From assembly GCA_002633005.1 (NCBI GenBank), contig NMRA01000223.1, positions 531,664 through 595,663 on the forward strand: a DNA stretch of 64,000 bases, read 5' to 3'. Origin of the DNA: Phoronis australis. Taxonomy: Eukaryota > Animalia > Phoronida. Shown here piece by piece: positions 11,523 to 22,800 of the stretch (its first letter is position 1; every line of letters starts with the position of its first letter). The notes below the pieces were generated by a model. The model was not told the DNA's origin, searched no databases, and was given only the letters and a program-made list of their open reading frames with translations. A program made the translations under genes and the position numbers.

Positions 11523-13432
11523 CCGAGCATCTAGGCATTGTGAGGGACATTTTGGGGTTTTGAGTACTGAATGGCCATGCCAGTCATCAACATGGTAGCA
11601 AGTGGTTGTTGAATTTTAGATTTGGGTGAAAGAATTTTTATAGTGGTACGATCCGCGGCAGTCCCGACAAATGAGCCCGGCCGCGAGCCGCCGGCCAGCG
11701 CCGACCAGCGTCCCCGCCGCGCAACTGAGGCCGGGCAGGACTGACAATCATGCACGTTTATCAAGTTGTTAGTGAAACGTGGTAATTAAGACTACCATCA
11801 GAATTTCAGTTGGTCTCAATGTCACTGTATCCGCAATTAAAGAATCAATCTGGGCCAGGCTAACATCGCGGACCACTCGGGATGCAACTGCCTGGCTCGC
11901 GGGTGCCGCCGCCGACCGGCGGGGCTGGAGACCATTTGAGAGCGGGTTCTCCGACTTAGACAACCTCCATCGAGCGCGCCGGTTTCTCCGTCGGACGACA
12001 GCGTTAAAGTTGTTAGGTGAATTACTTATGAGAAAACGGCATAATTAAGTTCATCGATTAAAGCGGTCGTCAAAGTCTGGCGGCGGTGTACTACCTGTCG
12101 GCGATGTTTCATAATTAAGGGACCTGACCTGAATTGTCAACCGGTACAAAATTAATTAACTGATCGATGTTGCTGGTAGCTGTTTTCGCCAATATCAGAC
12201 GGTGCACAGTTATTGAAAGTTTAGTGCAAGAAAAATGTCGTAGTAAAATCACTAAAACCGGATTCTGCTGTTTGGGTCAAATTAAGCTACATGAAATCCA
12301 TCTCCGACCCAACAAAAAACCAATGATGTGTTTTCAACCGTATAACCGATAATGACCCTTGAAAGAAGAAAGTCGTTGCTTACAAAACTAATACATGTAA
12401 ATGCAGTCTTATAGTGTTGCCATTACCCTGAGGTAGGCTGTGTGTTGAGTAAAGTAGGCCTACCTTAAAAATAGGCCAAGCACCGGGCCGGACAACGATT
12501 TCATACATGTAAATGGGGGCAGGTGGTTGGCACAGACACGCGATTTATTAACAAGGCCGCGTATTTAACTCCCTTTGTGACATTTTGCATCTGCGGCTGT
12601 ATCTTCTAAACTCCCTTGCAAGATCTTTTAGTTTGGAAAGTGTGTTGCATGAAGCACCGCTTTGCCTCTTTATGACAATTTCTTTTTCATGTTCCTCTAT
12701 AACCTTTGGAGTTTAGCGACTGGTTTTCGTATTAAGCAAATAGCTATTCGGTAAGCGACGACACTTTCTCATCTTCGGACGGGTTCGACGTATTGTGCGC
12801 CATGGAAAGTAATGGCCATTTTTATGACGCTATAAACACCCCTATAGAAGCATGCCGTTTGTTTTGCAGTCGTGGACGTAATTCAATATTTAATGCATTG
12901 CGCTTTGCTCGAAAAATCGAGTCCGTGGTGACGAATCGTTTTAGTTGCCCATTTTTTCAAAAAGAACACCCACCTGAAATGAGCAAGACGATGCAGCATT
13001 CGTATTTTGTTTACTCATAGCTTGAAAAATCACATCGTATCAAACCTTGCTTACCCTGGCTTACATGTATGTGAATTGCTTTAGTTTTTCAAAAAGCACG
13101 AAACATCAAGGGATGAAATTTAAGTGGGCGTGAGGTTTTTCACTTCAGTGTAGTCCGTGAGCGCAGATCTCATTAAATACTAGAACCAACAACGTGACTG
13201 CCCTCATCTTTGTTAAATGAATTACCGTAGACCAGTTTCTCTTTGTATACGACTATACTGTACCGGTTCGCTGAATTAATGGAGTTTGATGTGTTATCAC
13301 AAACTGTGTGCCAACGATTCTGCGCGGAGACAGTTATTCGTATGGAAAATCTACGTGAATATATCCTTATCGTGTACTCCAAGGGAAAGTCAGTGTTGAA
13401 AAACAAGTGTTATGCATGTCGATACGTAAACA

Positions 13433-13440
13433 TGACGTCA
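13433..13440. promoter_or_regulatory. Perfect palindromic CRE (TGACGTCA) upstream of the orphan gene
   Basis: TGACGTCA ends 64 nt before ATG 13504; function not shown. Confidence 0.45.
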
Positions 13441-13503
13441 CAGACAGAAGACGTTGATGTTCCTCCAATAACATAGCGCCTCGCGCCATGTTTGAATCCT
13501 AGA

Positions 13504-16500
13504 ATGGGAATAATTGGTTCCAAGCCCAAACCAGCGCAAAACGAGCAATCCGTAGAGCAGGACACAAAGAAAACGGAGATGACAAAACCACGAAGTCCAC
13601 GTAGGCTACGCCACAAACATCTTGTAGTAACACAGGAAAACGTGTTTAAAAAATATCCACATTCATATATTCATATTTAGTGTTATACACTCCTATGGCA
13701 CGATGAGATGGCGTGTTAAAATTTGCACCTCTGTCGAGTTTGTATTTCTCTACTACTTTTACAAGTACTAAATTATAGAGTCTTATTCATGGGTTTTTAT
13801 GCTTATCGTCGATTCACCGGTATTGCAAAATTTTGGAGCAGCTATGCTGCAAACGTACTTACCGGGAATTCCAGTTAAGTATGCACCACAACAATAAGAA
13901 CGCAATCTGTGGAGCAAAAAATTTGGCATAATGTTCTTTTTCTTTTCTCGAAATCAGGAAATGCCAAATGGGGTCAGCGTGAAAGCAGACAGGCAGAAAA
14001 TAACGTAAGTACAATGTAACCCCTAACAGAACTAAAACTGCAAACAATATGCACTATACATTCGTTTCTATTGGGGGAGGGGCTGGTACGCCGGGTTGTC
14101 GGATATGGCGGGGGCGACCGAGGAATGGGGTACGCTGGCAGAACTGGTAGTGTGGATCGGCGAAGCCGACGCAGTGGTGTCGACCCGGGGAAAGGGGTCA
14201 TTAACTTTTGTGACGCCCATCTCCAAAATTAACTTTCCCACACCTGTGGTTTTAATCCTTCTACATACACAAGCACGCGGATCCTCAGGGAATTGCATCA
14301 AATGGATCCGGACTCTCCTGCTCGACCACTTTGGACTGCCACATGAATCCCCGCGCCTGTGTAGTAGACGGCGCATATGCAATCGTGCATAATCGAACCA
14401 AGGGTCACAGCTCAGTTGTTGTTTTTCAGTCTGAGGACTCTGACGACTACCTGTACTGTCCAAGTGAAGACGATCAATCAGACAGGTACAGCGTTTCGTC
14501 CAACTACGGCGACCCCTCATCCGCCACTCGTAGTGCCATCAAGAGGTCAATGAGAAAAGTTACTCCTACTAACGAATCTCGGGTAAATTTCCTCCACAAC
14601 TGCACTGCGGACATTCAACCATTTCTTCAGTTAAAGTGTAAAGTGGAAACCTAAGTCGTTCATTTCTATCTTTGCACTCGCGGTGAAAGTTACACTTACC
14701 AGACAATTACTCTTTATCGGGACTTTTGAAACATTGGTGAACATGGAAAATTGTGTACCCGTTAGAGTCCGGCCCCGCTAATGGTTACAAGGATTAAAAT
14801 ACTTGGCCCTGCGCATGCCGATTAAAGTGCTTCAAATCATCGATATCATACAAAATTAACACACAAAAACAATCCCACCAGCCGATGAACTCTGTTAAAT
14901 AAGAACACCCGCAAACACTATCTGACGATATGCTAATTAGCTGATCTCGAGTTACGAGAAGTTATTGGTCGATACATGTTACCTTAAATCGAGACAACCA
15001 ATCACAGCACTAGTCATCCGCCGTTGTGTTTAGTGTGAAAAGTCGTCAGATATTGCTGTTCGTTTTCCTGTGGTTTGTAGTATAACAAGAAATGGCAAGG
15101 CGTTGCGTTTGCAGTAGTTATGACAACTTAGTATTTGACCACGCTATGGCTCCTTTCACTTTCCCGCGTGATATCATAGAAGCGCGGATATGGCTGTAGG
15201 TGGACATAACACACTGGCACGTTCATAAGGCACAGTTATGTCCGAGGAGCTAAGAAACTTTCAGTTGAAATCGCTTTTCTATTTTCTCGTTTTTTGATAT
15301 TGAATTAACGATTGCAATATGCAGTGCTATCAAAGACGGTTTAATGATGTTGACAATGTAGGCATTTGCCAAGACTAGGTACTTGAATGGTGGTTCTAAG
15401 CACTTTAAGATACGTTTACACGTTGTTGGGGTTAAAGAACACGTGATAAACACACTCAAAATATTGATAGATTTTTGTTGCAGGTTGACTCTAATTACAT
15501 GAGAAGGAATTCAAAGCGTGGATACAGGAGACGCCACTTTCCTGTAAAGAAGGAAGGGAAAAGAGGGCGACACACCACGGGGGTAAGATGAGGTTGTTAA
15601 AGGGTTGGTCGCTCAATTCATTATTTGTTGCTGTGACATACTATAGCGTGAGATTTTCACTGCGGTGTTGTAAAGTCAGGAGGTCTCTTTGTAGTGTGAC
15701 ATACTCCATAAAATCAAATCTATATTCATTCAATGTAATTTACTTCGTTCAAAATTGGTTGCAGTGTTTAAGAAATATCAGTTTGAATGCTTTTTAGACG
15801 TACAAGTTAAGAGCTGAATTCTACAACTCTGCATACTTTTTTCACATGGGTATTGAATGACGAGTCGTTTGTTTAATCACACGGATCTCGAATGTTCATT
15901 TTCATATAGGATACAGGGATGTTTCACAAACATTTGAAAAAAGTCCCTTTGAAGAAACCCAGAATCAAACAACATCGACGAAAAATGAACAGATCTTATA
16001 CACGTCGGTATGCTAATAGGAGATCGAGACAGGTAAGCGTATTACCTAGATTCACAAAAGCGGTGCCAAAAAATCTTGCTTACGTGGCATAGGGGTTTGT
16101 ACATGTAATGGAGGAAAAGCGGGGGAGGAGAAAGTATAAGGGGAAGAGGGGGGGGAGAGAGATGACGGGTTTGGGGGAGNCGAATGCTCACTGAAAACAA
16201 AATTGCCTCCCAATTCTATTCAGTTAGTAAGTCCAAAATGCCGAAATTTCTACCTGAAATGCCCACTTTATTCAGGAGTCTTCGCATTTGCATGCAACAT
16301 TATATTTCATGTAAAAAGAATGTCTAAAAGTAAGCCACTGTTCTGAATAATATTTTAATTGAAGTTTCATAGTCACAAACGGGCGAAAGCATCCACCAGC
16401 GTATTGTCCATCAGCGACTCGCTTTACTCGATTCCACGTAGAAAAAGAAAAAGAGCTTCCACCTCAATCTACGAGTCGGCAAGTACTTTAAGTCTAAACA

Positions 16501-19500
16501 ACTCCAGCAATACTTCTGTGTTGTCGCGCACTAACCGGAGTGGCCGATCTGCATCGCCGTCCTCGGTCCTCTCAGACGATACGAGAAGGAAGATAACTAA
16601 ACGACAACCTTTTCGAAGACGGCATCATGTGTCAAGGAAAGCCAAGAAGTTATCTTCCCGTAACAGCGAATTCAAGCACAGCGAACCGACCGACTCTGAC
16701 ATGAAGCGATATAGCATTGGAAGTCATCGTGTGAAAGCCTATGATGAAGAGGGTTTCCCTGAAAGTGGGAGTAGGAGTAGGAACAACTCAGCTCTGCGTC
16801 AGAAGCGTAAACCGCCCGCAGAGGTATTAAACGCTGCCATTGTTTTACCTTAAGATTGTTTAGGACTCAAGAAGAATGTCCATATTTTGTAAACTTCGGA
16901 ACATCATACATGTACCTAAGAAATGGCTAGTTGGATTTATATGAAACTTTTAGACACTATGATTTTTGCTCTGTTCTTAAAATGGTCCACTTCTGCATGT
17001 GGGTCTAAAAAATAAGACTTTTATGATTTTCATGAAAAAATTCAAAAGTTGCATAAAACGAAAACGAAATGATAATTTAGAAAACTGTAACTGCGTTTTT
17101 AAGATTTCATTTAGAACATTTATATCAAACTAAAGTGGTCATGTTATTGATAACGAGGTTTTGTTACGGATGTAACTGCCTTATTTGCTAAATTTTACCA
17201 AACAAACACGATCACGAGATCTGGCGAGATTGGTGACGTGTAACATCAAACTCTGCAGCTTTCTACTCTCAGAAAATACAGTGTATGTACTTATACTGAA
17301 TTACAATCTATGGTTTTGTAGATATTTTGTCAAATACACAGACTAGGTCCTGTATAACTTTAATTGGTCTTCGTTTGAATTTTTTCGAATGGGCAGCGTA
17401 CCATATAATTATTCTCTTAACTGAAAACACACCTGTTGTACATATCATGAACAACAAGAGCCTACGATTTTATGAAAAATGATTTTCGACGATGTCTTTC
17501 TCTACCACTTTAATTGGTAAGTAGTGAAAAAGAAATTTGCAATGAAACTATGAACACGTCACTAATTGCCAGCTATTCATTAAAAGTGATTAATTACCGA
17601 AATTTGATATCTTCTGAGAAACTTTTTACTTTGGTGACCTGAGATTGTATTGCTATTTATGTGCATAAATAGTTGTGTGAGACGTAAGACAAATTTTCCT
17701 GATGTTAATTCACTTTTGTAAAACAGTTCCCAGAAATAAATGTGAATTTAATTTTTGCCCACGCAGATATGTATATTGTTACCTTTTTTGGACAAGGAAT
17801 TATGGAAGCTCAACGTATAAAGACTGAGCACTCAATCAAGACTGGAAAATGCAACAGCAAGAATATCTTGAATACTAATCTTTCAGATGGTTGACAAAGG
17901 GTTGTCTCCCTTTGTATTTCCTTCCTTGACCAACACCAAAGGCGCTCATCGCTGTCTGAGCCCCCCAGACCTCGTAGGCAACGACAACTGCCCCTGCGTG
18001 CGCAGACTTCTACTTCCGCTAATGAAGAACTACACTAAGAAGTAAGTATTGCAATTTTACCGACCTCCGAACTTTCTACAATAGGGAGTTCTTCAACTTA
18101 GAGAGTTCACTAGCATTTCCATCTGTTTGCTACAGGTAGTAGGCCTATTGTAGGCTTGTGGCACGAAGACGACGGCGTCAAACAATTCAACATGCTTAAG
18201 AGTCTTGACACTATGAGGAAATTAGTTAAATGCAAAATTTAAAGATAAAAAACATATAACATGTTTATTGATTTTGCACTTCATTGTCATTTGTTGGCCG
18301 TATAATATACCCCTTAAAATTCCGTTTAGGGGTGCGCCTAAAAAGAAACAACAGGGGAAAAAAGTACGGAAGAGGACAGCAAAGGACTGAGCTTTTTAAC
18401 AATAGTTAAAGGTGGACAAGTGATTTCCGATTCGTTGTTGTTTAAGCTAGTCTCGTTGAAATAGGCCTAGTACTGGTCCACAAAATAAAACTCAATTGGA
18501 TTTGGCATTTCGTTTTTTTGCACCATACTTTTTCAACCAAATGGAGTTCAGGGACAGAGAGGCAGAAGCGAGGTATGCCAACCCATGTCGGATGAAAGAC
18601 TGGTGAATGACCATGGGAATTTGCCAAAAATTAGTCATCACAGTCAGGTGGGTCTGGTATGTAATAAATAATTTTCTTAAATCATTTGAGCTTCAACTTT
18701 TGATGCAAGCCCGTAGCCAGAATTACGCTGAGGGTGGTTCGAATTTCTTAAACGGTGGACTTTTTGGTCATATTTCGCAAACGTCGGCCATTTTTCCGTT
18801 GCTAAGCCCGGCAGAAGAGAAATCCGTATACACGACGATGACACTTGGCGGCTACATTCTTCTGAGATAAGACAGAATTCGTAGATCAAATCCAAGAAAT
18901 GAGGATACTATGACGGTTAATCGCAAAAACGGGACCCACATTCCGGTGTATTGTGGTCCACAAGGTTCTTAAATTTTTGGATTATTGAGCGTTACCCCTG
19001 CCAAACTTTCGAACCATGCGTGCTTTTAAAAATGAATGATTATACTAAACCACATGCGGAGACGGAAACATTTAGTCAGAGAATAAATTGAAGAATTTTT
19101 TGTAAGGTTACTTAAGTTGCTCATATCGTTGGAAATGGAAACTCCCCACTACTTTCAAGGCATTACTCCAAAGGTTCACCACCCCCGAAAATGTATGAGT
19201 TTTCCCCATATGCAAAAATACTCATTCGGCTTAGACGCAGTTGCGTACCTAGTTATGGTATTGAGAACAACGCCCGAGTATTAATAAGCTTTCACTGTTT
19301 GGGTTTCTTGCTCTTGCGAAAGTCAAGATCGCATCATTTCACAGCGCCACTGAGAAGTTTATCCGCAACGCTTCAACCTCACCCACCGCATCGGAAACAC
19401 ACGCCGGGTCGGAACTAAATGTACTGCCAGTCTTCACCAACTTCAGCGAGTCACATCCCTTCTTCCCAAAACTAAAGCCGGCCGTAAGTCGCCGCAACCC

Positions 19501-20307
19501 TGAAATGAAATACCCCTGTGCCTCAGATGTTATCCCTATTATGGAAATTAGTCATTTTACGTTCAGGAGTAGCTATTGTGAATGATTGGAACTGAGCTCA
19601 TTTGTAAACAATGAAATCAATAATTTAAGAAATTTAAGAACTATTCATTTTGAACACCCTTTAAATGGTTACTAAATGGACACAAATTCAATAGTTTATG
19701 AATGTCAGTTCCGCCTCATTAGCAGGCATAACTGTCGGACTTGTGAGCATAGATTCGTATTAGTGGACTTTAGCAGTAGAGATATGCAACCTAGGAAATC
19801 TCTTCCACCAAGTTTGTTGCTCGTATGAAGTCTGCGAGGTTGTGCACCATTGACAATAATTTACAAAAGAAGACTTTTCTTCGTTGGCCAAAGAGTTGTA
19901 AGGTCTAATCCTAATAAAGCGAAATTGCTCGTCGGCGTGATCACATGACTGTCAATCCTCCAATCCACGTACCAAAGCGTGCACTGGATAAACAAACATA
20001 TTGGAAGATCCCTTTTAATTCGAAAATCGAAAGAGTCTGCATATCACAGCATGCTGGCAACTATACCTAAAAATCAGGCTTGAAGCCTGATGCTTTGTTG
20101 GTTGATCGATGTCAAGCCATTCACACACTACTTTTTGGGACCTCTCGCTGCTCCGTAGTTATAGACATTTAGTTCCAGGCCGTGTTACCCTTTGGTACAG
20201 TCACCACGCGCATTCAACGTGGTCGTCTGTGGCTTATACGACTTCGCGGTAACATGAAGCGTCCTCTAATCCGGCGTCGTCGCGATCTGTACGAACCTTT
20301 TATCTAG
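13504..20307 (+). CDS. Predicted 9-exon orphan gene, about 466 aa, basic/Ser-rich and probably disordered, N-terminal myristoylation motif; exons 13504-13600, 13958-14004, 14430-14582, 15484-15582, 15910-16032, 16365-16823, 17887-18041, 19345-19483, 20179-20307
   Basis: Eight GT-AG introns whose phases chain without a stop (1,0,0,0,0,0,2,0). Protein runs MGIIGSKPKP...SEDSDDYLYCPSEDD...RRNSKRGYRRRHFPVKK...HKRAKASTSVLS...MVDKGLSPFVFP...RRRRDLYEPFI*. Exon 6 is the 164-aa ORF at 16359. The exon 5/6 junction and the last exon are least certain. No family recognised. Confidence 0.72.
14826..15404 (+). mobile_element. Non-autonomous Kolobok-like DNA transposon with a THAP-domain remnant, in intron 3 of the orphan gene
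   Basis: TTAA|AGTGCTTCAAATCA...TGGTTCTAAGCACT|TTAA (TTAA TSD, AG..CT termini); internal ATG 15092 encodes MARRCVCSSYDNLVFDHAMAPFTFPRDIIEARIWL*; homologous to 53407-53999 on the other strand. Confidence 0.75.
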
Positions 20308-22574
20308 AGTACGCCTGCAGACACATGACCACTTGGCGAAGTTGGCCAGATACGACCCAAGTGGTTACGTAAAGCGCAGTCAGAACCAAATTTGAAATTA
20401 TTAACAACTTGATTGTTATTTTAGTTAGTAGTACTAATTAATAACTACAACGGCTTCTTAAAAGGGACTGAAAACATTTATTTGCAGGTGAAGGAAATTT
20501 AGAGTCAAGTTTTGTAATTTTTATTTAGACAGCGAGTGAGAATATGATTCAGCGTACTGATAAAGAGACATTATGAACTAGAGAAGAAAATTTTCTCAGT
20601 TCAGCCTCAGCGCGGAATCTAGCCAGCAACCCCATGGTCGCAGATTAAGGCACTGCTGACGGAACCAATCCCAAATCGATACAGGTATTTTAAACGCGTT
20701 TTACTGATTACGTCATCGGCCTCGAGTTGAGCGAAAGATTGGCAGACAACGGCGACGAGAATTGGCGATTTCAGTGCAATGAAGTCACAACAGGACAAAG
20801 GATTGTGTTGTTTTATATCTCTGGTCGGAGCTAATTTCACGAAGTCAATCCTATTCAACAATAATCCCCGTCTGTAAAACTCAGTGATAATGTCCGTTTA
20901 AACCAATTAGCTTTTGTGTTAGATTAATGAAAGCGTGGTTTATGTGGATCAAGGAGAAGTTTTGTAAAATCGATTCACATGTATCTTATGTGTGCAACAA
21001 TATTAGATATTTATTAATCTTGGGGGATGTTAAATAAAATGACAACACATGGATGACATTTGATATAGACAAAAAGCAGGGTGTGTTGGCTTGTTGCGAC
21101 AGACGCGTGTCTACGCGTGACCATGCATTCATTCAAGTATAAGGCGCGTTTTTCAGGAATTTTAGATTATAGGATACAATATTCTTCATCCGTTCCATAA
21201 GAGAAAATTTCTCGCCGCGTGTGTCTCCCGAGCGTCTTGCGTATACAAAACGCTGGCACATCAGTGGTTTCCATTCTAGGTTTCCATAAACAAATTCCCG
21301 CAAATTTGGGAAAAAGCACAAAACAAAAATACACGCATGAACGAGCATGCTTGTGCCTGAGTTTTTAATTTCCCACATTATTTTCAAATCCGCTCCTCAA
21401 ATCCTCAAAAGTCTCTTATTTAATGCATCAAATTGTTTGAATTATGAATTGCTCAGTCTTTCGTCTCTTAAGCTTGACGTTGAAAACAAATGTGTCATAT
21501 GACTGATTTTCATACCTTCATCCATAATTTTAACGACTAATGTCAGGTATCAAGAATTTAAGTTCTAAAATTAGCTGCTTGCTGGTCCTTTCCTTAGACC
21601 TAAAAACATCTAATTTCCAACACTCACTCATCAAATGTTTGTAATTGAATGGCTCTCTGAAAGCTTAATTCACAGCACTCCCAAGCATTCTAAATAAAAC
21701 CACAACACAATTGAAACCTTTTCTGCAATACAAAAAAGAACCTTTGCAAAAATGGAAACTTGGTATTAATCATATATCTTTTGCTGAGATACGTTCATTC
21801 CATTTCTTGAATTGTTATCTCGTAGTCTATCGGGGACTTTGGTAAGATTCCCTTCCTTTCCCTTAAGAATCTTTTATGACGGCCGTTTCGGAAACAAGAT
21901 TTGAAAAGTCTAATGGATGGTTATTCGTGGTCGTTTTGCAGATCTTAGTAGTTTCTGCCGAGATTGTGGGCTAAGCATTAATATTTTGTTGATTATTGAT
22001 CCACAAAAGGTCCGTTTAAATTTTCCAAGCTGACCACGTGTTTACAGAAGCGTTGCTACAACGTTCTAGCAGCAGCAGCGGAGCCCCGGCGGCAGCAGAC
22101 GCAGCGGCGGCAATGGCGCTAGACGCAGCAGAACGGACACATGTATTAGTGGCAGAGACACTAACAGTTTTATTCAGTGTTGGATAAAAACTGTTCAATA
22201 GCCAATTGTTATGAAAGGGAAATATTCCTCTTGAAATGTATCGTTTGCGTGTGAATACTCGGCCTATTCATCTGTGCTAAAAAGAGCGGTTGATATCCAG
22301 CCGCTCTAAATTTTTAAGTCCCTTCGGCAAAATGTCAGTCAGTTCATGGGATTATAACAATCAAACCATCTCAAGGTCATTCGACATAGTATTTCGTACG
22401 ACATTGGCGGCTTGATACGTCATCATGTGACCCGTTGTTGCACGGTTGGTGAAACAATGCATATTAAAATTTAATGTGACGTAAACATATGTTAAATTAT
22501 GTTTTTTACTGATATGGGTAAATCTTATTCGTCGAGGCTGCTGCACCTAGTGAGTATTTTCACGAGACTGAACT

Positions 22575-22800
22575 TACCGTAATCGTTCGGGTTAACACCC
22601 ATGCTCAGTTAACCACCCATCCCCGACTTTAAGTGGATTTTCGATTTAACCGCCCACTGCTCGGTTAAGCGCCCCCCTGCGATTTTTGAAGATTTCCAGT
22701 TAAGCGCCCACCTCTCGGTTAAGCGCCCATCCCCGACTTTTAAAGAATGAAGATTTAGCGCCTAGTGCTAAGGAAACGCGCGATTCCCCGACTTTTAGAA
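22575..22800 (+). repeat. Left end of a probable Tc1/mariner-type MITE with subterminal tandem motifs
   Basis: TA|CCGTAAT start, then repeated GGTTAAGCGCCC(A) and CCCCGACTTT motifs; matching right end not found. Confidence 0.55.

Noticed and set aside
13974-14392. Overlapping ORFs, including a PPPY-containing minus-strand ORF
   Set aside because: They lie mostly in predicted intron 2, and the GC-rich core (GCCGGGTT...GGGGCGACCGA) recurs near 23179-23210, indicating a repeat fragment.
22016-22198. Ala-rich ORF / GC-rich patch
   Set aside because: Low-complexity GCA/GCG run with no convincing splice chain or homology.
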